DNA of 64,000 nucleotides from Alphaproteobacteria bacterium (lineage in GTDB: Bacteria; Pseudomonadota; Alphaproteobacteria; JAJTHO01; CANGXP01): positions 4,065-68,064 of the forward strand of contig CANGXP010000001.1 in assembly GCA_947457935.1 (NCBI GenBank), in the 5' to 3' direction. Positions 1 to 10,700 of this stretch are shown here, one piece after another (positions within the stretch are counted from its first letter, which is position 1; each line of letters opens with the position of its first letter). A model generated the notes under the pieces. That model was not told the DNA's origin, did not search any database, and saw nothing but the letters and a program-made list of their open reading frames with translations. Made by a program: the position numbers and the translations under genes.

Positions 1-1204
1 CTGATTTCGTGCGGCTAGCAATCTCTGCTTGTTCTTTCGCCTGTAGCAAATCTTGCTCTGCCTGTTTCCGCTCGGTAATATCGCGAACAAACGCGCAATT
101 AAATTCTTTCCCTTTATAGGGTAGGTAACTCTCTGTAATCTCAACAATAAACTCTTCGCCATTTTTGCCAAGATGCACTGCTTCTGTGGTCATGGAGCGA
201 TTTTTCTTGAGTTCATTCCAGTGTTGTTGCCACTGTTCTGGTGTATAATCTTTACGCAACTGATACGCCTTGAGGATTAACAGTTCCTCGCGTAAATAGC
301 CATGTCTTCTGCATGCCGCATCGTTGACGTACAAAATATTTCCGCCAAAATCCGTCCAGAACACACCATCGGACGCTCTATCCACGGAAAACTGCGTAAC
401 CCGTAACACTTCTTCATATTTTTTCCGCTCGGTAATATCTTGCAAAATACCCGAAATGGAAAGCACGCCAATGTCATGCTCAATAAAATCAACCTGTGTT
501 TGAATATGCACGAAACGCTCAACACCATTGGGCAAGCGCAAAGCGTGATCTAAAGCCCCTTGTTTGCGATCTTGTAAGGTTCGTTGAAAGAGTTCGCTGA
601 CAATCCGACGCTCTTCTTTATCAACTAAATCAATATACTCTTCATAACGAAGTTGCATTTGCCCTTCTGGCAAACCTAAAATCCGTGCGCCTTCTTCAGA
701 AAAATCAATCAATCCTGTTTGCACGTTCCACAACCAATGCCCTAGTCGTGCAATGCGTTGAGCAGAGGCTAATCGCGCTTCACTGCGACGCAACCCATCA
801 AACGCACGGCTTGCGCGTAAAATATAGCGCACGCGATGGCTTAGAACGAGCCAATTAATCGGCTTCGTGAGAAAGTCCGTCGCGCCCACATCATATGATT
901 TTGTAATAGAATCAATATCATCTAAGCCTGTGACAATGATAATCGGCACTTGGCTGCCACTGGGCAAGCGGCGAATCTCAGTACACGCTAAGAAACCGTC
1001 CATGACGGGCATCATCACATCAAGCAACACAATATCAACAGGTTGCTTTCTGAATATTTCAACCGCCTGCGCGCCGTCTTCTGCTTCAAAAATGTCAAAT
1101 CCCGCTTGCTCAAGCGATTTTAGCATTAAAATGCGCGACATCATGTCATCTTCCGCAATAAGCACGGATGGTTTACGGTTGGGGTTAAGCGTTGAGAGGG
1201 CCAT
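1..1204 (-). CDS. Partial hybrid sensor kinase: REC-PAS-PAS, running into a HisKA domain beyond the window edge
   Basis: Hand translation from ATG at 1204 (directly after the TAA of the upstream kinase): MALSTLNPNRKPSVLIAEDD...LLDVMMPVMDG (receiver), two PAS/PAC repeats ending QDITERK and RDITERK, then QAEIASRTKS (lead-in to an H-box). No stop codon in the window, so it is absent from the ORF track. Confidence 0.88.
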   Translation of the reverse strand, partial: MALSTLNPNRKPSVLIAEDDMMSRILMLKSLEQAGFDIFEAEDGAQAVEIFRKQPVDIVLLDVMMPVMDGFLACTEIRRLPSGSQVPIIIVTGLDDIDSITKSYDVGATDFLTKPINWLVLSHRVRYILRASRAFDGLRRSEARLASAQRIARLGHWLWNVQTGLIDFSEEGARILGLPEGQMQLRYEEYIDLVDKEERRIVSELFQRTLQDRKQGALDHALRLPNGVERFVHIQTQVDFIEHDIGVLSISGILQDITERKKYEEVLRVTQFSVDRASDGVFWTDFGGNILYVNDAACRRHGYLREELLILKAYQLRKDYTPEQWQQHWNELKKNRSMTTEAVHLGKNGEEFIVEITESYLPYKGKEFNCAFVRDITERKQAEQDLLQAKEQAEIASRTKS

Positions 1205-4027
1205 TTATGCAAGCCCCATCTTCATAATATATTCCAACTCGCTTCGAGCACTTGCATATTCTTTTTTAAGATATGAAACTTTCTCAACAATATCATGGCA
1301 ATCGGGCAAGCTTTCAATACCTTGTGCAAAGCGCGCAAGTTTCAACGCTCCAACATTTGCGCTGCTGGATTTGACTTTATGGGCGATTTTCTGCACCATG
1401 CTGCTATCGTGCTGTTCGAGGGCTTGTTGCATTTGCTCTAAAGATTTTGACGTATCTTGAATGTATAATGCCAGAAGACCATTAAGAAACTCTTGACCGC
1501 TTTCAGGTTGTAGCTCAAAAATTTGCTGCAATACTTTTGTGTTAATAATATCACTGTCAGTTTGTGCTGTTGCAGCAGATGTTTTTGTCATCACAGGCGC
1601 AACAACGGTGCGCTGTGCTGTCTCCCCCACTCTTTCTAAATTAAGCCATTTATTCATTACTGTAAGCAACTGTGTGCGCGTGAACGGCTTAACAATAAAA
1701 TCACTCATGCCACCCGCGATATATTCCTCACGAATACCTTCCACAATATTTGCGGTTGCTGCAATAATCGGCACAGGGGGCAGGTGTGCTTTTTTAAGTT
1801 GTTCATACTCCCTAATGGCTATTGTTGCTTCTAAACCATCCATTTCAGGCATTTGCCCATCCATCAATACCAAGTCATAGTTTTTTGACTTAAACGCGTG
1901 CACCGCTTTTTGTCCATCAGGGAACACATCTGCAATATAACCCGCAGCAACAACCATGCTCCGCGTCACTTCTGCATTCACGGGATTGTCTTCGGCAATC
2001 AACACCGTATAAGCCTTGCCGTCTGGCTTCATCGGCGTTTCTAACCCTTCAGGTGTTTTCTCTGTTGCACTATGCCGATGACTCAATAACTGTTGTCCCG
2101 TAAATTCATGGGTGCTAATTTCTTGCAGGGCTTCCAGCATATTTCTCGCACGAGTCGGCTTGCCAATAATAGGAATCCACGCTGTATTGATATACTCCTC
2201 CAACACACCGAACTCATTACTCGGCGCCGTCAGCACAACGGCCGTGTTATTAATAAGCGGATCACTCTGCAACGATTTTAAAAACTGCAAACAATCTTGG
2301 TCTTGCAGACGGCTTGCAAGGAACAACACGGTGTAGGGCTTACCAACCGCCTGCATCTGCCTGAGTTGCTCTAGTGCGGAATAGCCTTTATCCGCCACTG
2401 TTCCTTGCAAGCCCATATCTTGCAATTTTGCTTGCAGCGCATGACTGCTAATTTTTGCTCCATCCGCTATCAGGAAACGCCATTCTTTAAACGCTTCAGG
2501 GGCTGCCAAACTAGGCTGTTTTGAATAAAGTATCTGCCGAATTGTAAAACTAAAAGTTGACCCCACCCCCGTTTTACTGCGTACAGTGAGATTGCCCCCC
2601 ATTAATTCAACAAGTTGTTTTGAAATGGTAAGCCCTAACCCCGTGCCACCATAACGGCTGGAAGTTTGTGCATCCGCTTGGGAGAAGGCTTCAAAAATTT
2701 TCGTTTGCGCCTCCTCGCTAATGCCAATGCCTGTATCACTCACATCAAACTTGAGGGTTGCACTGCTATCATCCCGTGCAACAAGCGTGATAATCAACGC
2801 AACTTCCCCTTTAGCCGTAAATTTTACGGCGTTGCCTAAAAGATTTACCAATACTTGCCGCAACCTGAACGGATCCCCTGCCAACACGGGGGGAATGCGG
2901 GGGTCAATATACGCTCCAATTTCTACATTTTTGCCGAACGCTGTTTGTCCTAAAATTTCCGTGACATCTTCTGCCATATCCCGCAAAAAATATTCTTTTG
3001 TTTCAATGGTAAGCTTCTCCGCTTCCATTTTAGAAAAATCCAGCAAATCATTGATGATTTGCAATAACGTCATACCTGAACTACGCACAATGTTCGCAAG
3101 ACGTACTTGTTGCGGCGTTAGATTACTATTGAGCAATAAATCAACCATCCCCAACACCCCATTGATGGGCGTGCGAATTTCATGGCTCATCCGCGCTAAA
3201 AATTGGGTTTTTGCAAGATGGGCAGATTCAGTTTGCTTTTTAGATTCAGAAAGTTTTTCAATAAGTTTCTCTTGCGTTTGATTCGCTTCAGACAACTTTT
3301 CTGTTTGCAGACCAATTTGCATGAGCAAATTGTTAAATCCTTCCACCAAATCTCCCACTTCATCGGAGGCGTTTTTTTCCAACCGTAAATAATATTTTTG
3401 TGTCTCAGAGATATGTTTAATAGCCGATGATACACGCACCAAAGGATTAGAAATAAGTTTTCCAAAAAAAGACGCGACACTGTAAGAAAACAGACCTGTT
3501 ACGGCTAAAATTAATACACCCATACCAAGATAACGACGGATGTGCTCCTGCAAGTTATGCAGATCGGACGTAATGTATAAGAAACCTACTCGTTGCTCAT
3601 TGATTCTTATTTCTTTAAATAATTCAACAGAAGAAATGCCAAATATGCTGTCTTTTTGTGCATTGAGAATTTGTTCTGCGGAAAGCTGCTGTATACCGTC
3701 TCGCCGATATTGTGCAAAAACCTTCTGATTTTGGGTAATAATATAGGCTTCAACGATATTTTGATTGTTCCTAAAAATCCCCAGTGTTGACTGTGCTTTG
3801 GCAACATCTTCATTCTGCAACGCTTCTGTCAAATTTTGCACAATGAGTTGATAGCCCATATCTAACTCTGCGGTGACTGTGCTGCGAATATTCCGCATGT
3901 CTGCAATAACTAAAAAGCAAGCGGCGATCATCACCCCCACCAAACTTACCGCCATAATAATCAGGCGTAATTTACTGCGAATCGAGATGTCTTTAAAAAA
4001 ACGGATTGTTTTACGAAAAACTGCCAT
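1205..4027 (-). CDS. Membrane hybrid histidine kinase (TM-periplasmic CHASE8-like sensor-TM-HAMP-HisKA-HATPase-REC-REC-HPt)
   Basis: MSHEIRTP H-box, NLLGNAVKFT N-box, GGTGLGL G2 box, MDGQMPEMDG receiver, AHKVKSSSANVGA HPt, two hydrophobic helices flanking a sensor domain. Confidence 0.93.
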   Translation of the reverse strand: MAVFRKTIRFFKDISIRSKLRLIIMAVSLVGVMIAACFLVIADMRNIRSTVTAELDMGYQLIVQNLTEALQNEDVAKAQSTLGIFRNNQNIVEAYIITQNQKVFAQYRRDGIQQLSAEQILNAQKDSIFGISSVELFKEIRINEQRVGFLYITSDLHNLQEHIRRYLGMGVLILAVTGLFSYSVASFFGKLISNPLVRVSSAIKHISETQKYYLRLEKNASDEVGDLVEGFNNLLMQIGLQTEKLSEANQTQEKLIEKLSESKKQTESAHLAKTQFLARMSHEIRTPINGVLGMVDLLLNSNLTPQQVRLANIVRSSGMTLLQIINDLLDFSKMEAEKLTIETKEYFLRDMAEDVTEILGQTAFGKNVEIGAYIDPRIPPVLAGDPFRLRQVLVNLLGNAVKFTAKGEVALIITLVARDDSSATLKFDVSDTGIGISEEAQTKIFEAFSQADAQTSSRYGGTGLGLTISKQLVELMGGNLTVRSKTGVGSTFSFTIRQILYSKQPSLAAPEAFKEWRFLIADGAKISSHALQAKLQDMGLQGTVADKGYSALEQLRQMQAVGKPYTVLFLASRLQDQDCLQFLKSLQSDPLINNTAVVLTAPSNEFGVLEEYINTAWIPIIGKPTRARNMLEALQEISTHEFTGQQLLSHRHSATEKTPEGLETPMKPDGKAYTVLIAEDNPVNAEVTRSMVVAAGYIADVFPDGQKAVHAFKSKNYDLVLMDGQMPEMDGLEATIAIREYEQLKKAHLPPVPIIAATANIVEGIREEYIAGGMSDFIVKPFTRTQLLTVMNKWLNLERVGETAQRTVVAPVMTKTSAATAQTDSDIINTKVLQQIFELQPESGQEFLNGLLALYIQDTSKSLEQMQQALEQHDSSMVQKIAHKVKSSSANVGALKLARFAQGIESLPDCHDIVEKVSYLKKEYASARSELEYIMKMGLA

Positions 4028-4083
4028 TGCCCTATAAAATGTTGATTGCCAAAACTCCCATTCTATATCTACACAGGTGTTAG

Positions 4084-4098
4084 TTAATAGAGTGTTAA
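4084..4098. promoter_or_regulatory. CtrA-type binding site TTAA-N7-TTAA in the divergent kinase/cobS promoter region
   Basis: Sequence TTAA TAGAGTG TTAA, exact consensus spacing. Confidence 0.55.
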
Positions 4099-4108
4099 GG
4101 ATTATAGC

Positions 4109-5095
4109 GTGATCTTAGATAATAGCGTCAAAAATGTTGATTTCTCCCCTATTTCCGTGGATACACAAAAGATTTTTGGGATTACTGTGCCTTTTGCGGT
4201 GACTGGTTTTAGCGATAAGACCGACTATGTGCCCGACATTGACCCTGCATATGTGTTCGACAAAGAAGTAACAACCTTAATTTTAGCGGGCTTTGCCTTT
4301 AATCGGCGCGTGTTGTTGCAAGGATTTCATGGCACGGGCAAATCAACCCATTTAGAACAAGTCGCGGCTCGTCTCAACTGGCCGTGTGTGCGCGTGAATT
4401 TAGACAGCCATATCAGCCGCTTAGACTTAGTGGGGCGGGATGCGATTGCCCTGCAAGACGGCAAGCAAGTGACTGAATTCCGCGAAGGCATTTTGCCATG
4501 GGCGTTACAACGCCCTATTGCTCTTGTCTTTGATGAATATGATGCTGGTCGCCCTGATGTGATGTTTGTGATTCAACGGGTGCTGGAAGCCAACGGCAAG
4601 CTGACGCTGCTGGATCAAAATCGCTTGCTCGCGCCGCACCCTGCGTTTCGTCTGTTCGCCACCGCCAATACCATCGGCATGGGAGATACAACAGGTCTAT
4701 ATCATGGCACGCAGTTGATTAATCAGGGGCAAATGGACAGATGGAATCTTATCGGCACCTTGAAATTTATGCCCGCCGATCAAGAAATTGCTATGGTGAG
4801 TGGGCGATTACAGCAACAACAACTCAAACTAGACGCAACCGTGATAAAAAACATGGTGACGGTGGCAGGACTCATCCGCAAAGCATTTGCCACTCAAGAT
4901 ATTTCTTCGTTGCTTTCTCCGCGCAGTGTTGTCGCATGGGCAGAAAACACCTGCTTTTTAGGCGATGTTGCTTTGGCTTTCCGCGCAACCTTCCTTGCCA
5001 AATGCGATGACACCGAAAAACCGCTGATTGCAGAATATTATCAACGCTGTTTTGGGGTTGATTTGCCAGAAAGTGCGTATCGTGCAAACGCATGA
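4109..5095 (+). CDS. cobS: Cobaltochelatase subunit CobS (MoxR-type AAA+ ATPase)
   Basis: [62 protein letters not shown]; adjacent to cobT. Confidence 0.95.
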   Translation: MILDNSVKNVDFSPISVDTQKIFGITVPFAVTGFSDKTDYVPDIDPAYVFDKEVTTLILAGFAFNRRVLLQGFHGTGKSTHLEQVAARLNWPCVRVNLDSHISRLDLVGRDAIALQDGKQVTEFREGILPWALQRPIALVFDEYDAGRPDVMFVIQRVLEANGKLTLLDQNRLLAPHPAFRLFATANTIGMGDTTGLYHGTQLINQGQMDRWNLIGTLKFMPADQEIAMVSGRLQQQQLKLDATVIKNMVTVAGLIRKAFATQDISSLLSPRSVVAWAENTCFLGDVALAFRATFLAKCDDTEKPLIAEYYQRCFGVDLPESAYRANA

Positions 5096-6767
5096 AAAAG
5101 CCCTTGAGAGTTGTGTGCGGGTATTGGCGAATAGCCCCAAAGCGGCGGTTATCTTTGCCCAAGGGGGGTATGCCGAAAACACCATTGTTGTTGAAACAAC
5201 CACTGAACACATTTTAGAACGCGGCTTTGCCGATGCTGCCGCCTTTTTTACGCGCTATCACGCGCCCCAAACACACGCGCAATTTCGCCCGACAACAGAA
5301 GCCGCCCGTCTGATTTTTGATCGCTTAGAGCAAACCCGCACGGAAATGCTGGGCGCACAACAATTTGAAGGCGCGGGGCAAAACATGGCGTTGGTGCAAG
5401 CGCATCGTTTGCAACAAGCGCAAAAAACAACAACTGAAAATCCGTCTCTTGCGATGGCGGAAAGCCTGTGCCACAGCCTGTTACTGGGGGATTCTACACC
5501 ACTGATACAAGCGTTACGAGAGACAGTGCAGAATCAGGCAGTTTTTGCAGAAAAGAGCATTGTGTTGCTTGAATCCGTCTTACCTACTGCCACGCCCCAA
5601 CCTGCCCCAAAACCTGCGGAAGAACAGGCAGATAATCCTGAAATCCTTACGCAAGATGCTGCTGCCGATGCGGCGAGTAGTAGCGAGGATGCGCCACCCA
5701 CGAACCAAAGTGATAAACCACAGCAGGGCACGCCCACTGCGGGGCAAGACTTAGCAGAAGCAGGGATGGCGGAAGAGAGCGCCGAAAATACCGAGGTTAC
5801 TTTTGATTTTAAAGAAGAGGACTCCCCTGCAACGCCCAAGCCCTACGCCGTTTTCACCACACAATTTGATGCAACGTGCGCGGCAAACACGCTTGCAACG
5901 GCGGAAGAACTCCTCGCCCTTCGTCATCAACTTGATGCTAAAATGAAGGAATACCAACAACTTATATCGATTCTAGCGCACCGATTGCAACGCCGCTTAT
6001 TGAGCTTACAGCAACGCAAATGGTCATTTGATTTAGAAGAGGGCATGATTGATGCAAGCCGCCTGCCGCGCCTGATTACCGATTATGCGCAAACTGCGAT
6101 TTTTAAACAGGAAGAAGAAAGCCCGTTTATTCACACCGTTGTAACGCTGCTGCTGGATAATTCAGGGTCGATGCGCGGTCGCCCCATCGCCATCACCGCG
6201 CTTGCTGCTGATATTCTGGCGCAAACACTGGAACGCTGCGGCGTAAAAGTCGAAATTTTAGGCTTCACAACAAAAAGTTGGAAAGGCGGCAAAATTTATG
6301 GCGAGTGGTTGAAAGCGGGAAAACCCCTTAATCCTGGGCGATTAAATGAATTATTACACATCATTTATAAAGCTGCCGATATGCCATGGCAGCGTTCTCG
6401 CCTAAACTTAGGCTTAATGCTGAAAGACGGGCTGCTTAAAGAAAATATTGATGGCGAGGCCGTGTTGTGGGCGTATCAACGCCTCAAAAAACGTAACGAG
6501 CCGCGAAAAATTCTGCTGGTGTTGTCTGATGGCGCCCCTGTGGATGATGCAACGCTTTCCAACAATGGGGGAGACTATTTGGAAAATCATTTGCGAACAA
6601 TCATTAAGCAGATTGAGCATGACCCCCGCATTGAGTTGTCTGCCATTGGCATCGGGCACGATGTAAGCCGCTATTATACAAACGCAATTACGTTGCAAAA
6701 CAGTGATACCTTAGGGGAAGTGATGACGGAGCAGTTGGAAAAGTTGTTTGTTACGGAGCGGTTTTAG
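5082..6767 (+). CDS. cobT: Cobaltochelatase subunit CobT (vWA domain)
   Basis: [18 protein letters not shown] motif, [24 protein letters not shown]; likely GTG start at 5082 overlapping the cobS end (ORF track starts at 5028). Confidence 0.93.
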   Translation: MQTHEKALESCVRVLANSPKAAVIFAQGGYAENTIVVETTTEHILERGFADAAAFFTRYHAPQTHAQFRPTTEAARLIFDRLEQTRTEMLGAQQFEGAGQNMALVQAHRLQQAQKTTTENPSLAMAESLCHSLLLGDSTPLIQALRETVQNQAVFAEKSIVLLESVLPTATPQPAPKPAEEQADNPEILTQDAAADAASSSEDAPPTNQSDKPQQGTPTAGQDLAEAGMAEESAENTEVTFDFKEEDSPATPKPYAVFTTQFDATCAANTLATAEELLALRHQLDAKMKEYQQLISILAHRLQRRLLSLQQRKWSFDLEEGMIDASRLPRLITDYAQTAIFKQEEESPFIHTVVTLLLDNSGSMRGRPIAITALAADILAQTLERCGVKVEILGFTTKSWKGGKIYGEWLKAGKPLNPGRLNELLHIIYKAADMPWQRSRLNLGLMLKDGLLKENIDGEAVLWAYQRLKKRNEPRKILLVLSDGAPVDDATLSNNGGDYLENHLRTIIKQIEHDPRIELSAIGIGHDVSRYYTNAITLQNSDTLGEVMTEQLEKLFVTERF

Positions 6768-6880
6768 GTGTTCGGTATTCGGTTTTAAGAATGCGCCAAA
6801 ATGTTGATTTTTCTTGTTTCCTCTGCCATTGTATCAGTGCCTATACTCTTTCCAAAACCTAAAACCGAACACCTAAAACC
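6760..6880. repeat. Inverted-repeat element with arms of four tandem 7-mers (GGTTTTA/GGTGTTC type)
   Basis: GGTTTTAGGTGTTCGG (6760-6775) is the exact reverse complement of CCGAACACCTAAAACC (6865-6880); the left arm contains the cobT stop codon. Confidence 0.8.
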
Positions 6881-6885
6881 TTCTT

Positions 6886-7761
6886 ATGACAACCCACGCT
6901 CACAACACCCTCAACAAACGCGCAGTGATTTTCTCCATCGGGGTATCGCTGTTTCTGGTGCTGATTAAGGCATTCGCTTGGTTTGAGACGGATTCACTGA
7001 GTTTATTGTCTTCTCTACTCGATTCAAGCCTTGATGTGGTTGTCTCTTCGCTCAATCTTCTTGCGGTGCTCTATGCGGCCAAGCCTGAGGATGATGATCA
7101 TCGTTTTGGACACAACTCCATTGAGGATATTACAGGACTCGTGCAAGCAACCTTTATTGCCGCATCGGGGATTTTTCTGATTTATGAGGCGGCGCACCGT
7201 TTTTTAGACCCACAGCCCCTTCTTGCCGCCACAACGGGGATTATCATTCTCAGTATCTCAATGCTGTGTACACTGTCGATTGTGCTGTATCAACGCTATG
7301 TGCGCCTGAAGACAAAATCAGTGGTGGTGGAAGCAGACTCCCTGCATTACATGAGTGATTTCCTTGTGAATGGCGCTGTGATTATTGCCATGATTATTGC
7401 CGCCAATCCCGCATGGTCGTTTGTTGACCCTGCCCTTGCTATTCTTGTTGCCCTGTATATTCTCTATTCTGCAAGTCAAATAGGGCTTAAATCCTACAAT
7501 AACTTGATGGACAGAGAAATGGCGGATGACGAGCGCAATCAGATTATTGCGCTGCTAGAGCAAAACACGGATATTTTGGACTATCATGCCCTAAAAACAA
7601 GGCGATCAGGCAGCAGAGCCTTTGTGCAAGTGCACCTTGATTTAGACAATACTTTAAGTTTTCAAGCTGCTCACGATATTTCAGAGAACGTGGAACACAG
7701 CATTCAAGCATTATTTCCGTTGGCGGATATTATTGTGCATATGGATCCGCGCAAAGTATGA
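6886..7761 (+). CDS. fieF: Cation diffusion facilitator (FieF-like) metal efflux transporter
   Basis: SLLDSSLD, DDDHRFGH, ADSLHYMSD, C-terminal HLDLD...AHDI...IIVHMDP; six TM helices. Confidence 0.88.
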   Translation: MTTHAHNTLNKRAVIFSIGVSLFLVLIKAFAWFETDSLSLLSSLLDSSLDVVVSSLNLLAVLYAAKPEDDDHRFGHNSIEDITGLVQATFIAASGIFLIYEAAHRFLDPQPLLAATTGIIILSISMLCTLSIVLYQRYVRLKTKSVVVEADSLHYMSDFLVNGAVIIAMIIAANPAWSFVDPALAILVALYILYSASQIGLKSYNNLMDREMADDERNQIIALLEQNTDILDYHALKTRRSGSRAFVQVHLDLDNTLSFQAAHDISENVEHSIQALFPLADIIVHMDPRKV

Positions 7762-7764
7762 TGC

Positions 7765-10700
7765 TTACGCCACATCCCTTGCCGCCTTCACCCCTGCCAA
7801 TCCTTTGACTTTTTGCCGTGTTGTCATGCTGAGCGCATAGCGTTGCGGGAGGGTAATGGTAACAAGATGCCCTGTTGCACTGGGGAGTTTCAGCAACACT
7901 TGCGCATTACCGCGTGGTTCTTGTTTAAGAATATCGTGCAACACCGCCAATGTTTTTTTCTCATTAATAGTGAGTTCCAAGCCTAAGCCCACGTCTGCGG
8001 CGACACCATCCAGCGGGCGAATCATCTGGGCAAGCAAGCGATAGCCCTCCCCCTCTTCCGTTGCATCCACCGAGACAAGCAGCGGCACGTTTTGTTCCAA
8101 TAACTCGCGGGATGCTGCCAGCACCTCGCTAAACATCATCACCTCAAACACACCACTGGTATCAGAAAACTGCACAAAGGCAAAACGGTTACCTTTGGCG
8201 GATTTTCGCTCTTTTTTCGCCGTCACAATTCCTGCCATGGTGAGGCGTTGCGCGCCTTTGCTACTCACGATTTCCGCCACATCCTTTGCCAACGTCACCT
8301 TCATTTTATCAAGGGCGAGTTGGTAGCTATCCATCGGGTGGGCAGAGAGATACAACCCCAACGCCGTAAACTCATTGCCTAATTTCTCGAGTGGCGACCA
8401 TTCAGGATGCTCAATAAATTTTGGCGCAACGGCAGGGGCTAGTGACGTTATACCGAACAGGCTTTCCTGCCCGCTGTCATCATCCGCCTTGCTGCTAACG
8501 CCACTCGCCACCGCTGTTTCAATGTTGGCAAACACCGCCGCGCGACTTTGATGCAAGCTATCAAACGCGCCCGCATAGCACATATTTTCTAAGAAACGTT
8601 TATTAAGCCCGCGCCCTGCAAGGCGTTTGGTGAAATCATAGAGTCCTGTATACGCCACATTTTTCTCCCGTTCTGTGACGAGCTCTAACACAGGGGCTTC
8701 ACCAATGCCTTTAATGGCGGTGAGGGCGTAACGGAGGGCTTTGCCGTCATTTTCCACCGCAAAATAGCGTTTTGAGGTGTTCACATCGGGCGGCAACACG
8801 CTTAAATTCATGCGCAGGGCTTCTTGGCGGAACAGCCCTAATTTATCGGTGTTACCTAATTCGTAGGTCATGGTAGCGGCGAGGAATTCTGCAGGGTAAT
8901 TCGCCTTCAACCACGCGGTTTGGTAGGCAATAAGGGCATACGCTGCCGCGTGTGACTTGTTGAAACCATAGCCCGCAAATTTCGCCACCTGATCAAAAAT
9001 GAAACTAGCGGTATTTTTCTCCACGCCCTTGGCGGTTGATCCCTCAACAAACAAGGCGCGTTGTGCGTCCATTTCTTCTTTGATTTTCTTCCCCATCGCA
9101 CGGCGCAATAAATCTGCCGCGCCTAAGCTATACCCTGCTAAGACTTGCGCAATTTGCATCACCTGTTCTTGGTAAATCATCACCCCAAAGGTTTCCTGCA
9201 AAATAGGTTGCAAGGTAGGATGCAGGTAATCAGGTTGTTCTAACTCATGCTTACAAGCAATATAGCGCGGAATATTATCCATAGGGCCGGGGCGATAGAG
9301 TGCCACCAACGCGATAATATCTGCAAAACGGTCAGGTTTCAGCTTGCGCAGCACATCGCGCATCCCCGCGCTCTCAAGTTGGAACACACCCATCGTCTCG
9401 CCACTACTTAACAGCGCGTAGGTTTTTTTGTCATCCATGGGAAGACTGAGGAGGTCAACGTCAACCCCACATCGCTCTTTAATCAGCGCGCACGCCTTTT
9501 GCATGACGGTAAGTGTTTTTAAGCCCAAAAAGTCAAACTTCACCAACCCTGCTGTTTCCGCATATTTCATGTTAAATTGCGTGGCGGGCATGGTTGAACG
9601 CACATCGCGATAGAGCGGCACGAGTTGTTCAAGCGGGCGATCCCCAATCACCACCCCTGCGGCGTGGGTCGAAGCATGACGATATAAGCCCTCTAACTGG
9701 AGACTTATATCTATCAGGGAAGATGTTTCTTCCTCCTGTTGAATAGCGCGGAGTTGCGGTTCAAAGTCTATGGCTTCCTGTAGCGTCATGGGGTTGGCAG
9801 GGTTATTCGGCACGAGTTTACAAATTCTATCCACCTGCCCATATGGGAGTTCTAACACCCGCCCTACATCACGCAACACAGCGCGTGCCTGCAACTTTCC
9901 AAAGGTGATAATTTGCGCAACTTTATCTGCGCCGTATTTTTGCTGAACGTAAGAAATCACCTCATCCCGCCTATCTTGGCAAAAATCGATATCAAAGTCA
10001 GGCATGGAAACCCGTTCGGGGTTTAAGAATCGCTCAAACAGCAAATTTAATTCCAAGGGATCAAGATCGGTAATGCTTAGCACCCATGCAACGACCGATC
10101 CCGCCCCCGATCCCCTTCCCGGTCCCACAGGAATACCCTGTTGTTTCGACCAGCCAATAAAATCCGCTACAATCAGGAAATAGCCCGCAAAGCCCATGCT
10201 GATAATGGTATTGAGTTCGTATTCTAGGCGTTGTTGATACGGCGCTACGTCTATTTCTCTATTGAGGGTTTTATAGTGCGCCAAGCGTTTTTCTAAGCCT
10301 TGGTAGGCTTGGGTTTTAAGGCTTTCTGCTTCATCTTCGCTAAAACGCGGCAAAATAGGCTTCCGCGCCTCTGGCATGAAGGCACAGCGTTGCGCGAGGT
10401 GTACCGTATTGTCGAGAGCTTCGGGAATATCGGCAAATAGCTTTTGTAATTCAGCGGGATGCTTAAAATAATGCTGTGGGTTAGACTGGCGGCGAGCGGG
10501 ATTAGAGACTGTGGTACTATCACCAATGCCGAGCAAAATATCATGCGCCCCGTGCAATTCTTTTTCTAAAAAGAACACGTCTTGGGCGGCAAGAAGCGGC
10601 AGGTTCAGCGTGTGCGCGGACTCCAATAACGCGCCTTCATTGGCGACCTCTGCGGCGGAATCTTGCCGCGCAATCTCGATATACAGCCGTTCGGGGAATA

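Noticed and set aside
867-1460. 197-aa plus-strand ORF
   Set aside because: Antisense to the two kinase genes, whose minus-strand frames carry clear domains
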